NCBI GenBank assembly: GCA_963783575.1 | Contig: CAWAOD010000015.1 | Coordinates: 1-64,000 of the forward strand | Reading direction: 5' to 3' | Origin: an uncultured Spirochaetota bacterium | GTDB taxonomy: Bacteria > Spirochaetota > Brevinematia > Brevinematales > JAOACQ01 | Length of the DNA: 64,000 bases | In this document: positions 45,801 to 53,300 of the stretch, piece by piece | How positions within the stretch are numbered: the first letter of the stretch is position 1 | How the letters are laid out: the number at the start of each line of letters is the position of its first letter | Made by a program: the position numbers and the translations under genes | The notes under the pieces: generated by a model | What the model was told of the DNA's origin: nothing | What the model saw: the letters and a program-made list of their open reading frames with translations, nothing else | The model's database searches: none

Positions 45801-48116
45801 TAAGCTGTTCTGCATATCCTGGATCTGCTGATTCAGGTATTCCACCTGAAGGTTGTAATAATCTTCAGAATAATTATACGTCTTTGAATATTGATAATTT
45901 GCTGACTGTAAAATAGTTAGCCAGTTTATTATACTATTTGTCATTTGCTGGTATTCGGCAAGAGTGTTTATTTGATTTGTTTGATTATTAATAAGATTGG
46001 AATTATATTGATCCCAGGATAGTATACCTTTATCATATTCGAATTTTAAATAATACTGCCTTACTTGATTGTATATGGAAAGAGCATAGGGGTAGCCTGC
46101 AGGAGTATTATTTGTCGCCAAAAAACCATAAACCGCGTTTGAGATATCGCTTAAATTTAATTTTAAATTCGTTGATTGCCCTGAGAGTTCGCTTTTGTAT
46201 TTATTAATATTTGAAATATTTATATTTATATTAGATATACCTTTTAACAGTTCATTTTTATTGCTTATCATCGTATTAGTCATAGCGACCAGGTTTGATG
46301 AATTTGGGTCGCAGGCAAGAACATTGCTGTAATTAAATGTGTATTTAAGAGAGCTGCCGTCAATTGTAAGGTTCAGGCGTTCCAGATTCCGGTTTTCACC
46401 GGTAAATGTAAGGTCAGCCCTATTCGATTTATCTATTGCAATGCTATTGATCAGGTTTCTCTCCGAATCACTTTCATTCTGCTCTTCATTCCTCTGAAAA
46501 TCCACTTCATCCACCTGGGTGCCGCCGGGGGAAAATGTTTTGACGGTTATAAGTTTCTGGAATGAGTTATAATCATAGGTTTTGTAAGCCCCGAAACGGT
46601 TGTAATTTGTCTGAAGCGCATATCCCGCATAAATATCAGGCGTACCCGGGGTGCTTCTTCTGAAAGAATGTATCTTTCCGTCCGCTGTATAGTAGCTGAC
46701 GCTCCACCCAAAGGTAGTATTGTCCGAAAGCCATTTACGGATATCCGAAATAAAATCGTTTGTATTGATAAGCAATGTATTCCTGTTTATTGAATTTGTC
46801 AGGAAAGCTGTATTTACCAATGATGCGGCGGCGTCCCCGAACAGCCCTTTGGTTATATTGGTTCCATTGTTTGTTTCAAAAATGTTTGTTATATAACCTT
46901 CCTGTTTAAAACCATATGTAACATTTGTATAAGGTCCGCCTTGATTTGTAAGAATACTGGTTGTTGATTCCCATACTTCATTTGGACTATAATTTGTAAC
47001 AGTATGCTTTGCTAAATCCGGGCAGATGGTATATCCGTAAATATTGTTAGTAGAACTTGCAATATTGGTAATCACTTCATTTACAGAATTTTCCCCGCTG
47101 TTCAGAAATCCTCCGAATTTCAGAATATCCCCCGCGGAGGTTACAACTACTATCACGCTGTCCTGTGTTCCGAACGCCCCGAAAATCCTGATATCACTGA
47201 AATATCCGCCGTCCGTCGTATCGCCCTTCCTGATAAACTGGTTGCTTGAATTCGCGATCATTTTGTAATAATCATACATTCTGGGAGGACCCCCGAATAA
47301 ATGCATAAATGCCGCCATAGTGGCCGCTGAATCAGCTTCGCTTTGCCCGATATACTGGAACTTCTGCGAAACCCCGCTTCCGTCCTGAATGATCACCTCG
47401 TTCTTCTCAAAACTGTACCAGAAGGAATAGTTTTCAGTTAAAAACCATCCAGGCCCCATACCAACATTGCCTGAATATTGTGAACCGTACCTCGCGGAAA
47501 GCTGTATCGGTATCAGGTGGTCATTCCCCACAGGAGTCCGGTAGATCAGAATATTTTTAGACAATTCGCCTGTTACCGGATCGACAAAATCCCCATAAAA
47601 CCCTTTTTCTATCCTGTGCAGTTCGTCCTGGCAGGAATTCCCATAATACTTCGCCGGGTCGCCGAGCTTAAGTTTTATTCCTTCCTGCGATTCCTTCTGA
47701 AAATTCGCAGGATTGGGTACTTCATTGTCCAGAATCCCTTCAATAGCCGTAGGATCTGCATCCTGGCCGGCGCTGAATGCGTAATACCTCTGCAGATGGT
47801 ATTTTTTATAATACATATCCTGGAATGTATTAAGCGCCTTTTCCGTCTCATTATTCCAGAAACCGCTTTCATCTATAGGATTATAATTTGTCAGATTAAA
47901 TGAAAGGACCTTATTCAGTTTTTTCTGAATCCCTTTCAAGCTCTCACTGTATAAATAAGGATTTTTATCATCGTTTTTCTGAACAATATCAATTTTATTC
48001 CGCGTTACGACAAGGCAGAGATTGCTTCCCGCCCATATAAGCGCCAATAATGTAAAAAATAAAAACAAGGTTATTACAACTTTCCTCATCATCTCTGATT
48101 CCTCCGGCAGCCTCAT
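36855..48116 (-). CDS. rhs: Rhs/YD-repeat polymorphic toxin with signal peptide, peptidoglycan-binding-like and DUF6531-like N-terminal domains, and a putative amidase tip
   Basis: Extensive YD repeats; core end YTGHYFDSESKLYYARARFLDPSTGRFITQDP...NPMTFWDPYG; DFVDPVTGEL...MGPGW; tip has YCDRYA and NHMALL. Confidence 0.93.
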   Translation of the reverse strand: MRLPEESEMMRKVVITLFLFFTLLALIWAGSNLCLVVTRNKIDIVQKNDDKNPYLYSESLKGIQKKLNKVLSFNLTNYNPIDESGFWNNETEKALNTFQDMYYKKYHLQRYYAFSAGQDADPTAIEGILDNEVPNPANFQKESQEGIKLKLGDPAKYYGNSCQDELHRIEKGFYGDFVDPVTGELSKNILIYRTPVGNDHLIPIQLSARYGSQYSGNVGMGPGWFLTENYSFWYSFEKNEVIIQDGSGVSQKFQYIGQSEADSAATMAAFMHLFGGPPRMYDYYKMIANSSNQFIRKGDTTDGGYFSDIRIFGAFGTQDSVIVVVTSAGDILKFGGFLNSGENSVNEVITNIASSTNNIYGYTICPDLAKHTVTNYSPNEVWESTTSILTNQGGPYTNVTYGFKQEGYITNIFETNNGTNITKGLFGDAAASLVNTAFLTNSINRNTLLINTNDFISDIRKWLSDNTTFGWSVSYYTADGKIHSFRRSTPGTPDIYAGYALQTNYNRFGAYKTYDYNSFQKLITVKTFSPGGTQVDEVDFQRNEEQNESDSERNLINSIAIDKSNRADLTFTGENRNLERLNLTIDGSSLKYTFNYSNVLACDPNSSNLVAMTNTMISNKNELLKGISNININISNINKYKSELSGQSTNLKLNLSDISNAVYGFLATNNTPAGYPYALSIYNQVRQYYLKFEYDKGILSWDQYNSNLINNQTNQINTLAEYQQMTNSIINWLTILQSANYQYSKTYNYSEDYYNLQVEYLNQQIQDMQNSLKEIDLQIMDYNAGRMFSWIALLNSSSEFDGNVYRNSSYTYFDYTNTNTNEFNVTNIESRYRAVSVHTPYWVGTFDYTPGNTFFTNLNGNGFKFRYDNTLTNYDDRRVTYIRYPNLSEVSISYDEKGNMTYFTNELTNAYSYIYDEFGNVTNKTVPGLRWKYEYSDTTAKYLGRPTKIVQPDKTEFHMSYDTNGELTSQGFYRSGGKLLYNLATIIFNYQEGGGYTKTSTDMYGCQTTYVCDKDHNLAKIINPDNGVYLYQNDIYGKVLTENRADLVTNFYQYDARGNVISQGIQGCSTNRAAYDAWGEKTAVTDPNGNTTRFYYDYCGRLSKVSFPNNNEVNYWYDTNGNKTQESYDKDGKKKIVYKYDVNDRQTEKDLDQENHSYAYSYSYDVAGNLTNQKMTGRGFNSPAVIISSNVADISYAYNGIGLLTNQTDTNSGKSVSYVYDLMGRMTSETAILSNESYVKVYTYDGLGRNTSLSVGYGSGNITASTLFSSNTYFTNHGMEKIDRYTNRSTNYSDFRNNVTNLIYSVFNPASNGMVIYSHSYNYDNLGNKINEIYPDGTKQDWEYKYGNRLYRESARYRIPGGSPAYKTYSYDLAGHITNMKDFETNNWIKTYNSMGFVSGETDPAGRSASYEYDIFGNPMVVRQGSRTKNVEYNLLNKPISEINDDGANQTTNLVYYDALGNPGLIAPGGNGSFITLKAFDAEGRQILEIDPNGLKTVLTYNAMGGLETKTIIDTNTGISRSWTYQYDECGRITNEEQPDNTSISYGYTLTYNNVPVKTKSWGSRVEMYYYDQMDRVIKTVITDPTILNNTGYNYYHSRGIISGTIFNTAGLPEEEIQPDGGTNLYAYSAEGKVTSETNPLMQVKTTAYDKNGLMTNMTDFDGNKYNYVYDGSGKIIQEINPDNGTTAYNYDAFGNIARKVLPENETYSYEYSLKNRVARETNPLSGVTAYGYNALGQVTNINAPGGNLTAFYYNNGVLQEIHRSGNDSGHDFITTFNVDAFGETNLVNNPDNGATIFGYDNLGRMIWKAAGPFVTSAGSAQAPLVTNGLTVYNYSYTAEGYLSSVIYPNGMVETNLYSQGGLLTNKYFITNTTKCRETFYKYTDDSGAYYNGKPAVTWNFKGITNSFKYDALGRVTNASESAGIGSSRAVNYNYSIITYSSENFTQITTWKTVNGNGAGQAEWTQEVRDFRGNTVEVWKNLNAGNPVKVINNSYNKSGKITDEKRYFTPDPDISGETTNSYNSGGMLQQKIDPSGLTTTFSYDNAGRVLQKNEGGRITGYQYYNNGNLMRIITGNSLRDEKYEYDFRGNVTNKINNLSHTSNLTYFDIYGNKTAECIIYNGTVSGRNWVYDQMGRVVSATNELGGTVVYRYDMLGEKTNEIAAPSALNGGAGLALTNNYVYDAMGNLTGKSESGSTLSNGQLAAVQYATSNMYDCWGNITNTIYPDSSRESSAYDTWGRKISETDRFGYTTSYLYDYYGRETGRTEETPFGALNISNTYDFAGRITFESRNDGSTKYINSTNIYDNSGNIIRQILFNRNVNNIEKYFGYDVYGNKTSEIDYNGNTAYTYYDDLNRPVRQIDREGNLVNISYTYAADGSYIVTTSQNDMNYQAAISSSITYDGFGNKIQITDANHNTENYIYNLMGKVLTATDKNGFTNYFRYDSLGRLTASIDPYGGTNSNIYDSFGNAVTTVDKENNQLAREFDWAGRMVRSTDAMTNRASFQYSIAPLDTILLTQNHSGSGLKCEVEVFTDAESNQTTTYRYGKQTIAVKDALNNTTSYNYDTFGNMTAAIDAKGNRTTLEYDIRGNKVKETTALGFTTEYQYDNNGNIILEKNGEGSISTSYNRNNQPVSKTYSDNNVKHFQYDGLGRLTWAGDNFSAYRYKYDSAGNLTNRYDEKNGETLAYEYDGNGNRTRMVTIPSIQFSAGAENHSGTGGKTVVYKYDGLNQISLETAVSTNTTNLQISYSYSSMGRITNKQYSTGLTVNYGYDNIYRLTSISNTTNASSALRQAQYTSSAQVQFLSSYGYTYDKVGNRTKETVSEAGAQLCVSTFQYDKTYRLVSANYGLSNSEVFSYDACGNRLVKTTSFYSTPTNQIATPSACNNITHYTYDNDNRLMLEQSTKGSVSYTYDRAGRLVKKDGSGKTERFKYDSRDLMTEYNLLENGNTTITKNVYDVNNLRISKNETSDAAGSIDQPAIRFVYDGQNILFDDSTFYLNNIMINSYEAEISVKTSVYLKDAQGSVRGELYDSPITINTHSFSYQTYDYTAFGEQIASNPGPLSKSGEGETNSSSSSVKEGISYTGHYFDSESKLYYARARFLDPSTGRFITQDPIQDPDKRYGPAGLNWYVYGLNNPMTFWDPYGEDIISSLFMGASMGQVSSTALGDDVMSNAVGAMFEAKDSSYQGVSLDCYNYVNEQVNPNYEEFIGIDLGFVKYGYGKSKNEGYYIEEGSSLEVNLAPIGAPVYFGGGVDFKHSYTYRTETFNWNVNAGIGIGDPKYLQVGAGLSFGGTMERSLNGDEYDRMWKSQSEYIGTNAGITSNGANIGLHAQWNYGEYGEYEGMNYGFGLSYGYNQQTGYNQGFDIGAGMDWYYDKNGNYRGRTENANIGYGFTDYAGLQASATSGYLDGQRVGSLNSNFYFDPAKIIMNKLGDDVNLERELEYYKNLMDAMEYNLSNPVPATPEVAAEFNNQTPISPPSSVAGNTPSIEATSLHTGNYANDYGANINPITGSVNYANDYNAPINPNYTDNPTNYRDTSWHGQESLNKVNDAFQEFKNQYKNGKIPFNSLTYDSIKDFADDHNMTDAERLYFTERIAYDNPAFNPTTTSKLVWVGIFPSIETKTQTYCDRYASYVTKLYTGNSDLETVGHWGVPYATKYFTDNSYGTMDANQGYDVQEMANHGQLVYVANDNHMALLAPGKGVYVTYQEEDYYAPAIAQQGRDNILNNLTPNGTLNYGFRTSVIPDLTYYFSK

Positions 48117-48159
48117 CCTCCTGCCCCCTTCTCCACTCGCGAAGAAGGAGGTTGAAGAT

Positions 48160-48453
48160 TAAATATTTTTGATTTTATTAATAACAGCTTTAATATTATC
48201 CATAATCTCTTCATTTTTTATGCGAACAACTTTTACACCCATGTTTTTCATAATATAATCCCTGAATTCATCATATAGTCTAATATTTTCTATCATATAA
48301 TTTGATAACTTAATACTAGTTATCCAAGTAGAATCTGCTCTATAACCTCCCCTCCTGCGGAGGGGAAAATACTACCCATAACTTCTTCCCACAATTTTGA
48401 TTCCGCTTTTGTTTGGTTTATTCTCAATCTCTCGCTTATTCTGTATAATTCAT
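48160..48453 (-). pseudogene. Degenerate DUF559 endonuclease copy
   Basis: Begins ATGAATTATACAGAATAA (cf. MNYTAK at 49997) with an early stop; 48180-48275 aligns with the 3' part of 49653..49997; flanked by the same palindromes. Confidence 0.7.
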
Positions 48454-48555
48454 ATACTTTCCTTCCCTCCCGCTCCCCTCTCCGCACTTTGGAGAGAGAG
48501 CCTGTCCTGAGTACCCCAGCTCGGCTGGGGATGTCGAAGGAGGCCGGGGGTGAGG

Positions 48556-49611
48556 TTAAAAATCCACGCTCATAACACTGCTTATCCCTTCGAGGTCAGT
48601 TCCGTTAAAAGACATAAAACCGTCTTCTTTTTTCCAAACTCCATTGCCTGCTTTAATCCAGAGACAACCGTTTTCATCCAGCTTCCATTCCCCGAGTTTA
48701 ACATAGTCCTCAAAATGGTAATACTTATGCCTGTTATATTTATTCATTTTCCACACAATCCGACCTTTCTGTTTGCCGGCTAATATATTTCCGTCATATT
48801 TGCCGTTGGTTGTAAATTCCAGGTTAACCGTAAGATTGGATTCCTTTACTATCATCTCAATATTCTTGACATCCACACCAAGCAAGTCCCAGCGTCTTGC
48901 GTATATTTCCGCCCCCCCTCTATAAGTAACTTCACGAACAAAGTAATACATATTGGCAATCCATCCAAGCTGTTCATCCCGGTATCCCTGTATAAACTTC
49001 TTTTTTACATCATCAATATTCGTTATTGAGTATTTCTTTCCCCCGTTCCAGAACTCAATCCCGCTTAAAGCCGCCAGGCCATCATTATACCCCGAATAAA
49101 CTGAAAGCACTTCAAATCTCCATTTTAAAGCCTCGACAGGCCTGTCCGTATTAAAAACCTGATTTTCAGCCGTATCGTTCAAAATTATGCTGCCGTTGGT
49201 AATTTCGTTTGTGACATCTATTCCATTCGAAATTTTCTTTTCGGATGTAATAACCCTGATTTCCTTAATATAAAGATAATTTGTATTGGAAATATTCCCA
49301 TTTTTAATAACTATCTCATCCACCGGGTATGTATCTTTAAAATAAACATCAAAAGCCGGATATTCATTTGTGTTTTTTGCCGAAAAATAAATTAAAGACG
49401 GTGTATCATCATTTTCATCCAGTAAATTTAATGCCGTGCTTTTAAACAGGTCATTTGTATCATAAATGGACCAAATTTTACCTCTCCACAGCCCATAATT
49501 ATCCTCAATATTCAGCTCGAGGCTATGAGAAAGGCCCGATGTAATTATCATAATCACAAAAACAATAACTTTTTTCTTCATAGTAATCTTCCTTTTGTTC
49601 TTCAGCCTCAT
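48556..49611 (-). CDS. Secreted hypothetical protein with discoidin-like N-terminal domain
   Basis: Signal peptide MKKKVIVFVIMII; LLDEN...VDEIVIKNG...IKEIRV...LNDTAENQ...FEVLSVY pattern. Confidence 0.6.
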   Translation of the reverse strand: MRLKNKRKITMKKKVIVFVIMIITSGLSHSLELNIEDNYGLWRGKIWSIYDTNDLFKSTALNLLDENDDTPSLIYFSAKNTNEYPAFDVYFKDTYPVDEIVIKNGNISNTNYLYIKEIRVITSEKKISNGIDVTNEITNGSIILNDTAENQVFNTDRPVEALKWRFEVLSVYSGYNDGLAALSGIEFWNGGKKYSITNIDDVKKKFIQGYRDEQLGWIANMYYFVREVTYRGGAEIYARRWDLLGVDVKNIEMIVKESNLTVNLEFTTNGKYDGNILAGKQKGRIVWKMNKYNRHKYYHFEDYVKLGEWKLDENGCLWIKAGNGVWKKEDGFMSFNGTDLEGISSVMSVDF

Positions 49612-50067
49612 CCCCCGGCCCCCTTCTCCGCTTGCGGAGAAGGGGGTATAGATTAGATGTTTTTAATTTTATTTACAACTGCATCAATATTCTTCATAAT
49701 TTCTTCATTTTTTATGCGGATAACTTTCAAACCGAGGTTGTTCATCATATAATTCCTGAATGTATCATATTCTTTTTGATCCTCATGAATCTTTCCATCT
49801 ATTTCTATAACCAGATTTTTTTCATGACAATAAAAATCAGCATAAAATGCATGTGTATTCCCTGAATAATTAAATATTATAGGTTTTTGTCTTACAATTT
49901 TTAAGCCAGTCTTCCGGTTTCTGACTTCTTCCCACAATTTAGCTTCAGCTTTTGTAAGATTTCTTCTTAATTCCCTTGCTTTCGCAGTATAATTCATATA
50001 TTATCTTCTCCGTCTCCCAATTCCAATCTCCCCCCTCTCCGCAAGCGGAGAGGGGTCGGGGGTGAGG
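49606..50067. repeat. REP-like palindromes (CCCTCTCC...GGAGAGGGG..GGGGGTGAGG) flanking DUF559 in inverted orientation
   Basis: 49606-49645 and 50031-50067; further copies near 48112-48152, 48475-48555 and 38912-38950. Confidence 0.75.
49653..49997 (-). CDS. DUF559 / Vsr-like endonuclease
   Basis: ARELRRNLTKAEAKLW...RQKPI...YADFYC...LVIEIDG..H...D..R...GLKVIRIKNEEI. Confidence 0.9.
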   Translation of the reverse strand: MNYTAKARELRRNLTKAEAKLWEEVRNRKTGLKIVRQKPIIFNYSGNTHAFYADFYCHEKNLVIEIDGKIHEDQKEYDTFRNYMMNNLGLKVIRIKNEEIMKNIDAVVNKIKNI

Positions 50068-50381
50068 CTATGGATAAACAATCCGCTCGCTTTTTCTAAC
50101 CCCACTCTCACAAGCATTTTCCTCATCATCAGTCGGTTCCTGTTATCAGTTTGTATCGCCTAATATACCGGAACCACCAGGTAAAGAATTATAACTACTT
50201 AAGTTACCAAATCCATCAGATAACTCTATTTTAAAGGAATAACTTTTAGTAATTGTGCCAGGACATTCAGCAATAATATGATAATAACTATTTGTACTCA
50301 TATCATAATTTCTACTAATTGCATCACAATTGTTAATAGGAATTGTATCATATAATGAAGTACCATAACCATCACTATAAA

Positions 50382-53300
50382 TTACCCCCCCCCCTCAGGA
50401 GACACATAATTAGAAGTAAGAGTTTGGAAAACATGTAAAGTGCCGGTAACATTATTGAGAGGTGTATCTCCTGGAGTAATGCTTATAGAGCCACCGCTGC
50501 ATGAATACAAGCACCACGGTGCCTTCCTATCCACAATATACATCTGGCTGTTTGTAGCCGCGACTCCGAAATTATTTGTAGCAACAACTATGACATTATT
50601 GCTCATCCAGCTTCCGGCAGCACAGCTCAAATTAATGATATATCTGCCGACTGCTGGAGTTGTTCCCCAATCAGGACTGGCATTAATTCCATACAAATAA
50701 CTAATATTTGTTCCATAACCACGAATACTTTTAATCCCGGCCGGATCACTAACATTTACAAAGATTTGATAATTGTTACTGCTCCCAAGCCATCCATCAC
50801 CACAGGGTACAAGCGAAGATAGATTATTGAAAGTGATATTTGGCTGTTGTGAGTCGTAATAACAATAACCAAGTTTATAAGGAATGCTGTTGATATTTTC
50901 TAAAGAATCTTCTGCTATTACTTCTAAATATCTGGTATTCGTGTCATTAAAAGTTGAAAGTGGGAATTCAAAGTCATTACTTGTAGGATTTGAATCTATA
51001 TAAAGTTGAGCTTGATTATTTGTAATACAAATGTACTTAATTCCAGCATCATCGCTGATATGAATTTTAACTTTTCTATTATCATTATTAGGCGATAAAT
51101 ATTTATTACCCCCATATAACCAATAAGAACTTGCAAAATCCAGTTGAACAGGATTATTAATGTTTGATGCTCCCGAAACATCAACGCTATCTTTATTAAA
51201 CGTCACCACCGGCCCTGTATTATCAAAATAGAACTGGAAATTATTATTACTAGTATTTCCGGCAACATCAACGGCCGTAACGTATGCAGTATATTGCCCG
51301 TCGCCATTAGTGCATTCTGATTTAATAGCCAGTTGAATAGAATTCCCGGAATCTGCATACGTGTTGCTTGTATTATTGGATAGAACCCAGAAGACGCTGC
51401 GCATACCGCTTAAAGCATCATTCGCTATTATGTTGAGATTACCCGAATTGACGCGTTCACCGTATGTCATATTGCTGAAAGTTATTGATGGAGGGGTTTT
51501 ATCGATCACAAAACTATTTGTAACATTGCTGATGTTTCCGGCCATATCTATAGCATTGACTATAAGCATATTTGTCGCTTCATTAGTAAGATAAAATGAG
51601 GCTGTGCCCGAACCATTTATGCTCTGGATACGGATTCCATTTGTATAAATTTCATTCGAGCATCCTGAAATGTAAAGGTATGGATCGGTTATCGAGATGC
51701 TAACCGTAATATTTGTATTAACCGGGACACTCGGTACGCCGCTGATGCTTATATCAGGTGTGTTTGTATCAATGATAATAATAAAATTGGTACTGTTCGT
51801 ATTACAAGCCTTATTCCAGGCGGTTATCGTGACAGCATTTGTCCCTAAATTTGAAATATGAATTGGATTCAAAGTCACAGTACCCGATGCTAAATTTCCG
51901 TTACTCAATAAAATGTTATTATTTGATAATATAAAATGTATTTCATTGTTATTATTTTGAATAGAATTTGTTATTTTTATACCTATATCAACAGGACAGA
52001 AATTATAATAATTTAAAATGCTTTGTAATGTTGTTATGAATGGCGCGGTTTTATCGATATAATTTGTAATAATCATAAAGTTTGTATTACCGGCTTTATC
52101 CTGAGCGTAAATGGACAGAACATGCATTCCACTATTTGTATATGAGATTGTTATCAAGTTCGACGCGCTTGTATTCGACGAAATTGCTATATTTTCATTA
52201 GTATTTGTAATAGCATAATATAACATATTAACATCGGTTAAAGCTATAGTGACGGTTATATTTGTATTAATCCACTGATCATTCATGATTCCGCTAACAT
52301 TTATAACCGGCGGTATCGTATCAATCGTAAAACTTGAGTTGGTATTAGTACTATTTCCGGCCCTGTCCATCGATCTGACATTAATATGATATATTCCGTC
52401 CGCTAAAGCAGTCATCGATATATTTGTAAAGTTAGTTCCATAATTGGTAATTCCAGATAAAAGAGCGGATTGATTGCTTAAGAGAATTATTTGATTGCTT
52501 GGATGCAGATCATAATTAGAAACTGTTATGTTACCGATTGATTTTGCCGTAGCATTGTAATAACCACCCGTACTTATATACAAAGGATTATAAACTATAA
52601 AATTTGTCGGCGCCGTGCGGTCGATGGAGAAATAAATATATACATTCGTGTTAGTATTGGTGTTCATAGCATAATCGATTGCCACGGTCTTTATTGAATA
52701 GTCCCCTTCATTTGATAAAAAACTAAAGGAATTAGTTGATGAAACTGTTTGTCCGACATTGCCGTTCGAATATTGTATATTAGTATTTGTTATATTATTG
52801 CTGAGAATGGTAATTTGATAGAATTTCAAATTATCGTCGGTAATAATAATGGAGGAAGTAATGTTTGTTACACACATATTATTTGTAAAATTCAGCATAT
52901 TGACAACCGGAGGTGTTCCGTCAATAATGATCATATTGCTCATGTTAGTATTAGTTGAGATGTCAGCCTGGTTTCCAGCGAGGTCTTTCGCCGAAATAAA
53001 GATCGGGTACTTGCCGTCGCCGGCCGCGGTCCCCGCGAAGTAAATATTGGTCTGGTTGGTCGAACTGTTTGTTATCTTCAGGGTGTTAGAAATCGACACC
53101 TTGCTGATGTCCAGGTTCAAGTCTTCTATATAGCCGAAAAAGTCCACCCTATTATTACCGAAAAAATATGAAATCCCATTATTTTTAAAATAGTAACTCC
53201 GGTTTGTGGCGTTAAATTGAATATCCGGCTGTGTGTAGTCCATGGTAAATTGAATGTTGCTATTAACTTTCCTGTTCAGTACATCGACAGCGCTGACGGA

